Sequence record: MZ189262.1
DNA length: 64,000 bases
DNA from: Escherichia phage W143
Direction: 5' to 3' (one strand)
Each line of letters opens with the position of its first letter. Position 1 is the first letter of the stretch. Shown one piece after another: positions 39,224-48,857 of the stretch. The translations under genes were made by a program, and so were the position numbers. Below the pieces are notes generated by a model. It did no database searches, was not told the DNA's origin, and saw only the letters and a list, made by a program, of their open reading frames with translations.

Positions 39224-41037
39224 TGGTGTTTAATCCTATGCATGATTTCTTTATTTTTGCCAAGATTAAATCCGCGCTCGTTCGGATTTCCCAAATAGCC
39301 ACATGTTCTTCTTATTGTGTTCATCTTTTTAGGATCAGTTTCTCCACAAATAGAACAAACAAATCCGTTTTCAGTAGGAGTCATTTCATGGGTACTTCCA
39401 CATGTAAAACATTTATCTACTGGCATATTAACACCAAAATAATCTAAATGTTGTGCAGCATAATCCCATACAGCCTCAAGACCTTTTAGGTTATTTTTCA
39501 TATCAGGAAGTTCAACATAAGAAATGTGACCACCTGTCGCAATGAAATGATACGGAGCTTCGCGAGAAATCTTTTCAAACGGAGTAATATTTTCTTCTAC
39601 TGAAACGTGGAAACTATTAGTGTACCATCCTTTATCAGTAACATCTTTTACACTTCCATATTTTTCTGTATCAAGTTTACAGAAGCGATAACAAAGGTTT
39701 TCAGCAGGAGTAGAATACAAGCTAAAAGCAAAACCGGTTCTTTCAGTCCACTGCTTAAGACGAGCATTCATTTTAGTCAAAATTTCCTGTCCAATATCAC
39801 GTCCGACAAGAATATTCAATTCGTGAATACCAATGTATCCTAAAGACACCGAACTTCTACCGTTTTTAAATAACTCAATTATATCATCATCAGGTTTAAG
39901 ACGAACCCCAAATGCACCTTCTTGGTAAAGAATAGGAGCAACAGTAGCTTTAACTCCTTTTAAGGAACTAATTCTACACATCAAAGCTTCAAAACACAAA
40001 TCCATTCGCTCATTGAATAATTCAGTAAATTTCTGTTCATTGAACTGTGTTCCAATATAAGAATCTAGCGCAATACGAGGAAGATTCAGTGTTACAACGC
40101 CAAGATTATTACGTCCATCAAGAATTTCATTACCAGTCGAATCTTTCCATACACTTAAGAAACTGCGGCAACCCATTGGAGAAACAGGAATAGATGAACC
40201 TGTGATAGCTTTATTATTCTTAACTGAAATAATATCAGGATACATTCTTTTACTTGCACACTCTAGGGCAAGTTGCTTAATATCATAGTTCGGATCGTCT
40301 TTATAAAGATTGACACCCTCTTCAACGAACATAACAAGTTTAGGGAAAATAGGAGTTATCCCGTCACGACCGAGACCTTTAATGCGATTTTTCAGAATTG
40401 CTTTCTGAATCATTCGTTCAGTCCAGTCAGTTCCCGTACCAAATGTAATTGTTACAAAAGGCGTTTGTCCGTTTGAGCTAAAGAGAGTATTTACTTCGTA
40501 TTCATAAGCTTGGAATGCATCGTATACGTCTTTTTCTGTTTTAGATTGGGCATAATTCAATGCATCAGCGATTTGCCATTTTTCTGCGTCCTCAATATGT
40601 TTTGCGTAGGTGCGTTTAACATAAGGAGAAAGGACTTTATCTACATTCGCAAAAGTCGTTCCGCCATATTGATGGGAAGCAACCTGCGCAGTAATTTGTG
40701 CCATAATTGCAGTAGCAACGCCGATTGATTTAGGAGTTTCAATCTGCGCATTACCGAGCTTAAATCCGTTCTCAAGCATTCCTTTTAAATCTACTAAACA
40801 GCAATTAGTAAATGGAAGAGCGGGGGAATAATCAATATCATGGAAATGGATAATTCCGCTTTCATGCGCTTTCATAATAAAAGACGGGACCATATTTTTG
40901 GCAATGTGTTTAGACACAATACCAGCCATAAGGTCCCGTTGAGTTGGAAAAACACGAGAATCTTTATTAGCATTCTCGTTTAAAAGGTCTTTATTAGTTT
41001 TATGAATCAATCCTTCAATTTCTTTTTCAATTGTCAT
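39220..41037 (-). CDS. nrdD: anaerobic ribonucleoside-triphosphate reductase NrdD (glycyl radical enzyme), no intron
   Basis: 605-aa continuous ORF; C-terminal Zn ribbon (CFTCGSTHEM...CSICGE) and glycine-radical region (RRTCGYLG). Confidence 0.9.
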   Translation of the reverse strand: MTIEKEIEGLIHKTNKDLLNENANKDSRVFPTQRDLMAGIVSKHIAKNMVPSFIMKAHESGIIHFHDIDYSPALPFTNCCLVDLKGMLENGFKLGNAQIETPKSIGVATAIMAQITAQVASHQYGGTTFANVDKVLSPYVKRTYAKHIEDAEKWQIADALNYAQSKTEKDVYDAFQAYEYEVNTLFSSNGQTPFVTITFGTGTDWTERMIQKAILKNRIKGLGRDGITPIFPKLVMFVEEGVNLYKDDPNYDIKQLALECASKRMYPDIISVKNNKAITGSSIPVSPMGCRSFLSVWKDSTGNEILDGRNNLGVVTLNLPRIALDSYIGTQFNEQKFTELFNERMDLCFEALMCRISSLKGVKATVAPILYQEGAFGVRLKPDDDIIELFKNGRSSVSLGYIGIHELNILVGRDIGQEILTKMNARLKQWTERTGFAFSLYSTPAENLCYRFCKLDTEKYGSVKDVTDKGWYTNSFHVSVEENITPFEKISREAPYHFIATGGHISYVELPDMKNNLKGLEAVWDYAAQHLDYFGVNMPVDKCFTCGSTHEMTPTENGFVCSICGETDPKKMNTIRRTCGYLGNPNERGFNLGKNKEIMHRIKHQ

Positions 41038-41507
41038 TTTAAACTCTTTCTAAGCTGCTTCTTAAATGAAGCTATTAATTGTGTTTTAGTGTCAGATTCA
41101 TTATATTCAAATCCTCTTTGAAGCATCTCAGCCATCATTTCCTCTTTTCCTAAACGAGAAAATTCCTTTGATTTATCTCCAACGAAGTTAGGGTGAATAT
41201 TATTTTGGGTGTAATCGGATTTTAAATAAGTAAGTAAATTTTCTAACCATTCAAGATAATCAACACCTTGTCCCTTTAAGCCAGAACGATTAAATTTATG
41301 CTTCATTTGACCTTCCGCAGCATTGCAAAGATTACAGAGCAATCCACGCACCTTTCCAGCTTTCGGTCCATTTAATTCATGGTCATGGTCAAGGTGATTA
41401 GCTTGAACATCAGGATTTAGTTCTCGTTGGCAAATTAAGCATTTACCGTTTTGTGCATCATAAAATTTTTGTTTTTCTTCTTTGTACAATTTGCCAGTCA
41501 ATAACAT
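41034..41507 (-). CDS. 49: endonuclease VII gp49 (Holliday junction resolvase)
   Basis: 157-aa ORF; zinc-binding CLICQ...HLDHDHELNG...CNLCN. Confidence 0.85.
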   Translation of the reverse strand: MLLTGKLYKEEKQKFYDAQNGKCLICQRELNPDVQANHLDHDHELNGPKAGKVRGLLCNLCNAAEGQMKHKFNRSGLKGQGVDYLEWLENLLTYLKSDYTQNNIHPNFVGDKSKEFSRLGKEEMMAEMLQRGFEYNESDTKTQLIASFKKQLRKSLK

Positions 41508-41556
41508 AATAAAACCCTTACCTTGAATAGATAAGGGTATTTATTATTTTCAAGTA

Positions 41557-42003
41557 TTAAAACGCTCGGTCAGAAAAAGAAATTTGAGTTTCAAGCCATT
41601 CAATATATTCTGCCGCAGCTTGCATCAAATTTCCTTCATAACCATCGTTATTTTCTTGTGCAGCTAATTTAGCTAATGCATATGAAATACGTTCACCTTG
41701 AAAAGCGGCTTTAGGTTTATGAATAGCTTGATCAACTCGTTCTACGATTTCTTCAATTTCGCCATTTTCTACTGATTCAGTATTCCACAAGCACCAATAC
41801 GTAATTGGCTTATCGTAAATGTTAATAACCTTTCCGCCAGAAAGTTCAATTTCAATAATTCCAGTATCAGGTTCTATATCATCTTCACGTTCTTTTGCAA
41901 GTTCACGAACTTTAAAGACAGTACCTGCACTAAGTTCCGGCCAGTAATTACACAGCCCTTTATCAGCACGATTAATTCTAAACCACTTATCTACTGTAAT
42001 CAT
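41557..42003 (-). CDS. hypothetical protein (pin position)
   Basis: track ORF begins at a TTG; trimmed to ATG at 42003 (MITVDKWFRI). Confidence 0.5.
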   Translation of the reverse strand: MITVDKWFRINRADKGLCNYWPELSAGTVFKVRELAKEREDDIEPDTGIIEIELSGGKVINIYDKPITYWCLWNTESVENGEIEEIVERVDQAIHKPKAAFQGERISYALAKLAAQENNDGYEGNLMQAAAEYIEWLETQISFSDRAF

Positions 42004-42126
42004 GTCCCATCTCCATATCAATTAAGTCATTTATTGTTGGTTCATTATATACTGTTTCTTCATCAGTGTAAACCGGTTCTTCCGGCTCTGGCTCTACAGT
42101 TTCCCATCTAGCCGCTCACCAAGGTT

Positions 42127-42474
42127 TTATAGCGTAATCCATTCTCGTATTGTCTGAGTTACTACACGTTCACGAGGTTCGACTAATTCAACAGTCGGAA
42201 CTGCATAATACCAATCAGAATGGTAAGAACCTGAGCGAGATTCATTTACGGAAACATGCACATTATGTTTTGGACTAAAATAAACACACTGACGATATTG
42301 GCATTTGCCGTCTTGCACCCAGTCTTCTATTTCGGCAGGTTTAAGATAATCCGAAAAATCGAAATCATAGTTTTCTGAAAATGCATCATGGTCTTCGATG
42401 ATTTCACTCAGAACTGCATCAACATCGTAAATCATATTTACCCCAATTTGACCATACAATCGCCGTATTTCCAT
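42127..42474 (-). CDS. hypothetical protein
   Basis: 115-aa ORF. Confidence 0.5.
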   Translation of the reverse strand: MEIRRLYGQIGVNMIYDVDAVLSEIIEDHDAFSENYDFDFSDYLKPAEIEDWVQDGKCQYRQCVYFSPKHNVHVSVNESRSGSYHSDWYYAVPTVELVEPRERVVTQTIREWITL

Positions 42475-42653
42475 TTAGAAATAGACTTTTCACCATTAGA
42501 ATAATAAACTTCGAGTTTAGCGCGGCCATTTTTAATTTGAATAACCTTTGCTGTCATCAAAGTTCCATACCCATAATAAACTGCAACCTCATCACCCACA
42601 TATACCGCGCTTCCGCGGTAGTCATGGATATAATCAGTTCCTTCGAGCATCAT
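42438..42653 (-). CDS. hypothetical protein
   Basis: 71-aa ORF. Confidence 0.45.
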   Translation of the reverse strand: MMLEGTDYIHDYRGSAVYVGDEVAVYYGYGTLMTAKVIQIKNGRAKLEVYYSNGEKSISKWKYGDCMVKLG

Positions 42654-42913
42654 TTAAAGTATTCCCGCAATTGGTCAAATCCACCAATATGACTTCCATC
42701 AGGAGCAAATACTTGTGGCATCGTCAGTCCAATTTGAGTATCACGACCTAGTTTCGTCAGAAGCTCAGCGATTTTCTCATCATCAAAAACACCTTTTTCC
42801 GGCATAATGTTGATAAATTCAAACGGCTGTTTCTTAACAGTCAGCAATCGTTTCACATTATCGCAATACACGCATTTATGGATGTTGCTATCATAACCAT
42901 ATACTTTAAACAT
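42650..42913 (-). CDS. nrdC: thioredoxin NrdC
   Basis: 87-aa ORF MFKVYGYDSNIHKCVYCDN..., CxxC active site; recognisable as T4 NrdC. Confidence 0.85.
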   Translation of the reverse strand: MFKVYGYDSNIHKCVYCDNVKRLLTVKKQPFEFINIMPEKGVFDDEKIAELLTKLGRDTQIGLTMPQVFAPDGSHIGGFDQLREYFK

Positions 42914-42914
42914 A

Positions 42915-43157
42915 TTATTCCTTAATTCCTAGTACTTGTTTAAAAGTCTCGTCATAATCAAGACTTTGGCCCGTTTGTTCTTTATGTTTGTATATAATAT
43001 CACTTACTTCTGATAGCATATTTTTATATGAACGTGTTAAAGCAGATTTAAGCACGCTGTATCTATCAGGAAATTTACCATGTTCATTATAATACGCTAT
43101 TGCTAATTCACGGACTGCTTTTTCAGCAATCTCCATATATTCTTTACGCTTGGGCAT
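42915..43157 (-). CDS. hypothetical protein
   Basis: 80-aa ORF. Confidence 0.5.
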   Translation of the reverse strand: MPKRKEYMEIAEKAVRELAIAYYNEHGKFPDRYSVLKSALTRSYKNMLSEVSDIIYKHKEQTGQSLDYDETFKQVLGIKE

Positions 43158-43461
43158 TTTCTTCTCGGTTAAATCTGTGTTTGCAATGACGGCATTTATA
43201 ACGAAGAATATTAGTCTGCCAATGAACTAATTGCACCTGTTCAGTACCACACTTTGGGCAGTTTGGAACATTCTTAGAAGCCCTTTCGCGACGTTCAACC
43301 ATAACCATAATGGCATCCCAGGCTGGAGGTTTAAAGTCTAAATCATCGCAACCATGAATCTTTCCACGCATTTCTAAATCGTCTTCTTCACCAGCCATAA
43401 TAATTTTAATTAGACTGGAATTACTTGAAGCTGCAATATCTTCTAATAGACGCTTTTTCAT
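43144..43461 (-). CDS. zinc-ribbon protein
   Basis: 105-aa ORF with CPKCG...CRHCKH. Confidence 0.5.
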   Translation of the reverse strand: MKKRLLEDIAASSNSSLIKIIMAGEEDDLEMRGKIHGCDDLDFKPPAWDAIMVMVERRERASKNVPNCPKCGTEQVQLVHWQTNILRYKCRHCKHRFNREENAQA

Positions 43462-44387
43462 TTCAGTACCTCAATAGCATTACGTAAACCATTTGCTTTT
43501 GCATTAAGAGCTTTTAACAATTTGGTGTGTTCAGCAATCTGGGCTTCAACTTCAACTAGTCGAGATTTGAGATATTCACGTTCTTCGCTCAGGTTATCAA
43601 CCTTTTCTACTTTAGGTTCTTTTACATTTGGCTTATATGTATTAGGGTTCTTCAGTTTAATTAGAATGCGTGAACTGCATAACATTGAACCATTATCTTC
43701 GGTTTCGTCATACATTTCCACTACGTCCATAATTTTTAACATCATGCGGAGTTTATAAGACAACGAACGAATAGTTTTGTTGTGCTTATTAATTTCTTTA
43801 GCTGTCATGGTGCCGAGATTACGTGAGTAATAATAAGGAACCTGGATATTAATTAATACTGATGAACCACCTGGCTTGTGTGTTACTTCATCAGCAATAA
43901 CCCAGTCCTTAACATGAACTGTATTTGTACGGTCATCACCCGCGGTAAATAGTTTACGAGCATGCTTAAAAAGCATATTCACTTGGTCATTGAATTGACA
44001 AGCAAATTTATCAGCAAATTTAGTTTCAGGAATGGTAGATAACCAATCAGCCAAATGGGTCTTTTTAACATCGTTAACAATAGTAAATTCAACCAAATCA
44101 GTTATAGATGTCTCAGATTTAATAAAGCTCGGCTTCATAAAGTTTTTAATGTTATCGCGAGCTACAGTAGAAGATAACATACGAGAACGTTTAAACCATT
44201 GAAGCAAATTGCCCAACGAATGAGAATAAGCGTTCTGTGTATCTTTACAGATATGATTTTCCTGGCCAACATATTGAAGGAAATCACGAAGAATATTATT
44301 GATTACTGCTCTGTGTCCGATCTGATAATTACGGTGTTTAGTAATAAGACTATCAAAATAATCAATATAATGTTTACGAGTTTTCAT
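43458..44387 (-). CDS. hypothetical protein with C-terminal coiled coil (array member 1)
   Basis: 309-aa ORF; last ~45 aa heptad-like ([42 protein letters not shown]). Confidence 0.55.
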   Translation of the reverse strand: MKTRKHYIDYFDSLITKHRNYQIGHRAVINNILRDFLQYVGQENHICKDTQNAYSHSLGNLLQWFKRSRMLSSTVARDNIKNFMKPSFIKSETSITDLVEFTIVNDVKKTHLADWLSTIPETKFADKFACQFNDQVNMLFKHARKLFTAGDDRTNTVHVKDWVIADEVTHKPGGSSVLINIQVPYYYSRNLGTMTAKEINKHNKTIRSLSYKLRMMLKIMDVVEMYDETEDNGSMLCSSRILIKLKNPNTYKPNVKEPKVEKVDNLSEEREYLKSRLVEVEAQIAEHTKLLKALNAKANGLRNAIEVLK

Positions 44388-44439
44388 GTTCTTCTCACTT
44401 GATTAATGATTTATACTCCGAGCCATCCTTGGCTTTAAA

Positions 44440-45441
44440 TTACTTAATTAACTGTAAAGCTTGTTCCAGACGATCAAGACGATTAACAGATTCTTCCCAA
44501 ATCCTTTTAGCCTGCTCATATTCTTTCTGCGCTTTATTAGAAATTTCTAGAGCTTCTTTATAAGCTTTTTCTAATGCAATAACTTCTGGACGAATTTCGA
44601 CAGGTTTAGGCGAATCATCAAGATTATCCATTAGTTCCTCAAGTGTAGTTTCTTCTTTAGGAGTATTCACAATTTCATCACATTTTTGTTGGTAAATTTC
44701 TTTATCAGTCGGTGAATAAGCACATTTCACTTCACGAAGACTAACTACAATTTTATATCCTTCCCAACCGCATATATTCTTAAAAGGATAAGTATGAATA
44801 TTTTCTACCGTTTCCATACAAAGTAATGCGGTTTCTAATTGACGAGTTATAGTGCTAGCAATTGAGAAAAATTTATTAATATTCTTTTGGTTAGTTTCTG
44901 GTGTAAAAAATCCATAATTCACAAAAATAGCTACTTTATTTTTATCAAGCTCATATTCTTTTACGATAATCATATCAGAAGCCAAAGGATGAATTTGACG
45001 ATAATCGCCATAACATAATTTAGAAGCTGATTTTAGAATCTGTCCTTTGAAAAGTCTGAAATTACTAATCCAACGACGAGTAAAAATATTCTCAGGGTCT
45101 TCTTTATTATTAAGATGATAAGAATTAACATCACCGAACCAATTATATCCTACTACATCTTTGGTTCGTTTAATTTCTTTCCCAAAATTACCAAGAATAT
45201 CCCGATTAACCAAATATGAAAGAAGACGAGACTCTTTAAAGGTTTTCTTGATAACATCTTTATCTACACGACTAGAAATTTTACGAATTTCATGAATAAA
45301 TTTAGTAGAAGAAACAATACTCGCGTCAACGCTATTGAGCCATTGATTGATAATAGAAATAACGCTATTTTGGCCAAACACCGGTATAGCTTTATCATCA
45401 ATAACACTATTGAATGATTTGATATATTCGTTACGAGTCAT
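44440..45441 (-). CDS. hypothetical protein with C-terminal coiled coil (array member 2)
   Basis: trimmed to MTRNEYIKSF (333 aa) because the track start lies in the promoter; coiled-coil C-terminus. Confidence 0.55.
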   Translation of the reverse strand: MTRNEYIKSFNSVIDDKAIPVFGQNSVISIINQWLNSVDASIVSSTKFIHEIRKISSRVDKDVIKKTFKESRLLSYLVNRDILGNFGKEIKRTKDVVGYNWFGDVNSYHLNNKEDPENIFTRRWISNFRLFKGQILKSASKLCYGDYRQIHPLASDMIIVKEYELDKNKVAIFVNYGFFTPETNQKNINKFFSIASTITRQLETALLCMETVENIHTYPFKNICGWEGYKIVVSLREVKCAYSPTDKEIYQQKCDEIVNTPKEETTLEELMDNLDDSPKPVEIRPEVIALEKAYKEALEISNKAQKEYEQAKRIWEESVNRLDRLEQALQLIK

Positions 45442-45469
45442 ATTAATCTCCTCAGTAGAAAGTAAGAAC

Positions 45470-45499
45470 ATTATACCACATCCTTGTGGCAAAGTAAAC
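45470..45499 (-). promoter_or_regulatory. T4-type early promoter
   Basis: GTTTAC 45499-45494, 18 bp, TATAAT 45475-45470; near-identical to the promoter at 2418-2447. Confidence 0.7.
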
Positions 45500-46515
45500 T
45501 AGTTCAGTGCATTTAGTGCATTGTTCAGTTTAGAACGTTGCTTCGTGAGATTTTTGACTTTTTCTTGAGCTTTTTCTAGCATCTTTTCAGCTTCTAGCAC
45601 TTCATTGGTCGCTTTAACGAGTTCATCATCTACTGCCTTAAGAGACTTCTCAATCGCGTCAGCGTGCCATTTTTCTACAGGTTTAAAATTTGAATTTTCA
45701 GTAGGAAGAAAACTCACTTTATTAAGTTTACATGCATCTATATTGCTTGAGCTATACATCCAAAATTTAGGATTGTTTGATAAGTAATTGGATAAATTTA
45801 AATTTAAGTTATCTTGCACTTCCTGCTTTTTCTCTTGCGTGACTTCGTCCTTTCTCAAAAAATCGTATTTAAATGAAACGATCATATCAAGTTCATATAT
45901 TGTTGTGTCTAATAAACGAGGTAAAATCTTAGACTGAACAGCGGCAACAACATCCATATACTTAAATGCTTCTGTCAACTGTGATTTAAGGCATTCGCAA
46001 ATTGAAAGAGAATTTTTTGTATTAGGTTTAAAGCTAATTCGTGCAGTTCTGTTATTTTCTTTTAATGGTCTTACTTCCATCTGAAGAGTATAACCATCAA
46101 ATTTCAGATTCTTTAAGTTAATATCAGAACCTTTTAATCGACTCGCAGTTGATAAAATTTGCTTTAATTGTCTACGGAACAGAGCAATAAATCTCCATTC
46201 AATACGATAATGATTTGGATTGAAAAATCCAGATGATAAATCGACCTTACTTTGACCAACGCCTTGAACAAATAAAGGATTTTTATAATCAATAGTTTTA
46301 CAGAAATCGGTGAGCTGCTCACGAGCCGTCATTTGTGTAATATATCCCGCTTTACTAAAATTACGCACCCATTCACTGCTATTCGTATACTTAAAGTGAT
46401 GAATAACACGATTAACTTTATCAGGGTCTAAATTATTTTCACACAAAAATGTCATAACATCACGAGTATAACTGGCATTACGAACCATATCTTCAATTTG
46501 AGAACGAGTTTTCAT
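45499..46515 (-). CDS. hypothetical protein with C-terminal coiled coil (array member 3)
   Basis: 338-aa ORF; C-terminal heptad-like region. Confidence 0.55.
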   Translation of the reverse strand: MKTRSQIEDMVRNASYTRDVMTFLCENNLDPDKVNRVIHHFKYTNSSEWVRNFSKAGYITQMTAREQLTDFCKTIDYKNPLFVQGVGQSKVDLSSGFFNPNHYRIEWRFIALFRRQLKQILSTASRLKGSDINLKNLKFDGYTLQMEVRPLKENNRTARISFKPNTKNSLSICECLKSQLTEAFKYMDVVAAVQSKILPRLLDTTIYELDMIVSFKYDFLRKDEVTQEKKQEVQDNLNLNLSNYLSNNPKFWMYSSSNIDACKLNKVSFLPTENSNFKPVEKWHADAIEKSLKAVDDELVKATNEVLEAEKMLEKAQEKVKNLTKQRSKLNNALNALN

Positions 46516-46523
46516 GGTATTCC

Positions 46524-47414
46524 TTAAGATTTAAGTAAATCAACAATTTTAATTAACTTTTCACGCTCAGATTTAGCTTTACTACTCAATCCAGATAGTC
46601 TGAAAATTTCATCGTCATATTGTTGAATAGAAATATTCAGCTCTTCAATCTGCTTATTAAAATAATCAATTTGTTCAGAATGTTTTTCATTACTACGAAC
46701 TGGTACAGGTTTTGCAGGCAATGTAGTTGAACTGGATTCATCCGGGCGATAAATTAAAATACAACTTGAACCAATAGGGCATTTTGCACCAGATGAATAT
46801 TCTAATGTTCCAGCTTCTTTTAAAACTTCAAAAGCTAAACAGAGATGATGTCCCATATTAACATAATCTGTAGAGCGAGCTCTGATGTAATAATCATCTC
46901 CGCGAATACTAAATTTAAAGCATTTAAGGTCTTCTGTATTATTGGTCTTAAAAATCATTTGTTTATCTAGACCTTTAGCTAATCGAGCGCCTAATGCTAA
47001 TAATCGTCGTTGATTTTCCCACAAATCCGCAATCATTTGGTCAAATGATAATTTCGGCATTAGTCGACCATAAAGGTCATATCCTTTATTATAATTACGA
47101 AGGATTTCACTCGCATTAATACGAGACAACGCTCCAATTTTATTAAGGGCTTTCATAATGCGATTAGATAAACTCATTCCAGACCCGTTTGTTCGCTGTA
47201 GATGTTTTTCTAATCCAAATCCAATATCAACTTTAAACTTATCTAAAATTTCGGCATGAACATCTCTGTCAATAACATTCAAATCCAAAGTTGGGTTAAA
47301 TCTATGAAAAAATTTATCTGGCTCTCCACGACGAAATACAGTCCATTCATTCATCATTTTTTTATTAACTAAAGATTTAATTACTGCATTGACATTATTA
47401 ATTACTACTGACAT
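46524..47414 (-). CDS. hypothetical protein with C-terminal coiled coil (array member 4)
   Basis: trimmed to MSVVINNVNAV with GAGGAAAAT Shine-Dalgarno; C-terminal heptad-like region. Confidence 0.55.
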   Translation of the reverse strand: MSVVINNVNAVIKSLVNKKMMNEWTVFRRGEPDKFFHRFNPTLDLNVIDRDVHAEILDKFKVDIGFGLEKHLQRTNGSGMSLSNRIMKALNKIGALSRINASEILRNYNKGYDLYGRLMPKLSFDQMIADLWENQRRLLALGARLAKGLDKQMIFKTNNTEDLKCFKFSIRGDDYYIRARSTDYVNMGHHLCLAFEVLKEAGTLEYSSGAKCPIGSSCILIYRPDESSSTTLPAKPVPVRSNEKHSEQIDYFNKQIEELNISIQQYDDEIFRLSGLSSKAKSEREKLIKIVDLLKS

Positions 47415-47421
47415 ATTTTCC

Positions 47422-47829
47422 TCACTCAATTTCAATTTTACTAAATACACAGAATATGATTGAACAGACTACATAAGCGCCACACACGGATTGAACTAAT
47501 ACCATCCCAAAGAACCAAACAATATTATCAAACAGTGTCTGTTTTACGTCGAAAGGACGTAAACTTACAGTAATATTATCACCTTTTTCTATTGAAGAAT
47601 ACATCTCTGGTGAAATATATTCACTAAATCTATAACCGTCTTTAAGTTCATATACGGCAATAAACGATAAACTAGACCCTTTTCCTTGTGTTCCTGTAAT
47701 GGTATTAACTACAGTAACATCATAATCTTTATAATGCATATAATCATTAATTGCGTAATAACCGTATGCAACTACTACACATAAACAACATATCAATAAA
47801 TTCAATCTTTTAATTATCAACTGTTTCAT
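47422..47829 (-). CDS. membrane protein
   Basis: 135-aa ORF with N- and C-terminal TM segments. Confidence 0.5.
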   Translation of the reverse strand: MKQLIIKRLNLLICCLCVVVAYGYYAINDYMHYKDYDVTVVNTITGTQGKGSSLSFIAVYELKDGYRFSEYISPEMYSSIEKGDNITVSLRPFDVKQTLFDNIVWFFGMVLVQSVCGAYVVCSIIFCVFSKIEIE

Positions 47830-47884
47830 AATAATCTCAATTAAAAGGGCTTAGAACCATTATACCATCCTTGGTATAAAGCGG

Positions 47885-48412
47885 TTATGCGAGTACCGTC
47901 TTTAACCGTTCTTCAAACTTCCGAAGAGTATTTTGGCGTTCAGCTCTTTGCTTTTTGTAAGTTTCAATACGCTCTGAAATGAGAGAGTATCGTTCATTTA
48001 CTGATTCTTTCATAAAATCAGGAATTTCACGAGAAGCTTTAATCTCATCAAATTTATCAATAACAGCTTGTTCTTCAGCAATTAAGTTATCATACATTAA
48101 AATATCTTTCTTGATAAACTCAATATCTTCTTGAGTTACACGAGATAATTTAGATGCTTTATCCTTTTTGTACTGTTCGTTAGTATCACGAGACCAGTGT
48201 AATGTACGATTTTTATTCGTATTCTTGTAAATTTCTACAATACCAATCTCATCGATAATAACGATCCAATTCCAACGGGATTTGTAAATTTGTCCTCCAT
48301 CAACAGTGATTTCACCTCCGATTGAGATGTCGTTAAAGAACTTACTTTGTGCTTCAGATTTAAATTTACCATCGTTGTAATTTACCAGGTTGAAAATATC
48401 TTTAGCGTTCAT
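47885..48412 (-). CDS. hypothetical protein with C-terminal coiled coil (array member 5)
   Basis: 175-aa ORF ending ...YKKQRAERQNTLRKFEERLKTVLA. Confidence 0.55.
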   Translation of the reverse strand: MNAKDIFNLVNYNDGKFKSEAQSKFFNDISIGGEITVDGGQIYKSRWNWIVIIDEIGIVEIYKNTNKNRTLHWSRDTNEQYKKDKASKLSRVTQEDIEFIKKDILMYDNLIAEEQAVIDKFDEIKASREIPDFMKESVNERYSLISERIETYKKQRAERQNTLRKFEERLKTVLA

Positions 48413-48440
48413 TTTGTGTTCCTCCGTAGTTGATAGTTGT

Positions 48441-48470
48441 ATAGTACCACAGAGGAGCAGTCTTGTAAAC
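48441..48470 (-). promoter_or_regulatory. T4-type early promoter
   Basis: GTTTAC 48470-48465, 18 bp, TACTAT. Confidence 0.65.
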
Positions 48471-48472
48471 CA

Positions 48473-48787
48473 CTAAAAGAAACTTCTTTCACAATTTTTT
48501 CCACTGAACCATGCGCTCACTGCTTTCTTAGTCTCAGGAGCAGTGTTATCCATAAACCATTCAAAGGCAGCCTTTTTATGATTCTGGAGGGCTTCTCGGG
48601 CTTTAATCTGCTCACGGTCTATTAACACTAACATATGAGCCTTTCTTGTCACCATGGGCTTCTTATGATTTTTTGAATACTCCCAGTCATTTGTCCATCG
48701 CATTGTTGTTGCGAACTGAAATACTGCTTCTTTAATCTTAGTTTCGTAAATTTCACGAGCCTTTGAGTATAACATCATTACCTCCAT
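48473..48787 (-). CDS. hypothetical protein
   Basis: 104-aa ORF. Confidence 0.5.
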   Translation of the reverse strand: MEVMMLYSKAREIYETKIKEAVFQFATTMRWTNDWEYSKNHKKPMVTRKAHMLVLIDREQIKAREALQNHKKAAFEWFMDNTAPETKKAVSAWFSGKNCERSFF

Positions 48788-48857
48788 TTACCAGTTTAAT
48801 TCTAGTCATCTTTTTGATGGCAGTCCATATAATCTATTTCTGAACTGCCTTTTTGTC

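Noticed and set aside
41557-42021. Longer N-termini given in the ORF track for several genes (for example 41557-42021, 53285-53851, 49574-50554, 44440-45492, 54582-54815)
   Set aside because: The track evidently extends to the furthest ATG/GTG/TTG; several extensions run into promoters or upstream genes. I trimmed to internal ATGs with Shine-Dalgarno sequences where evident, but exact starts remain uncertain.
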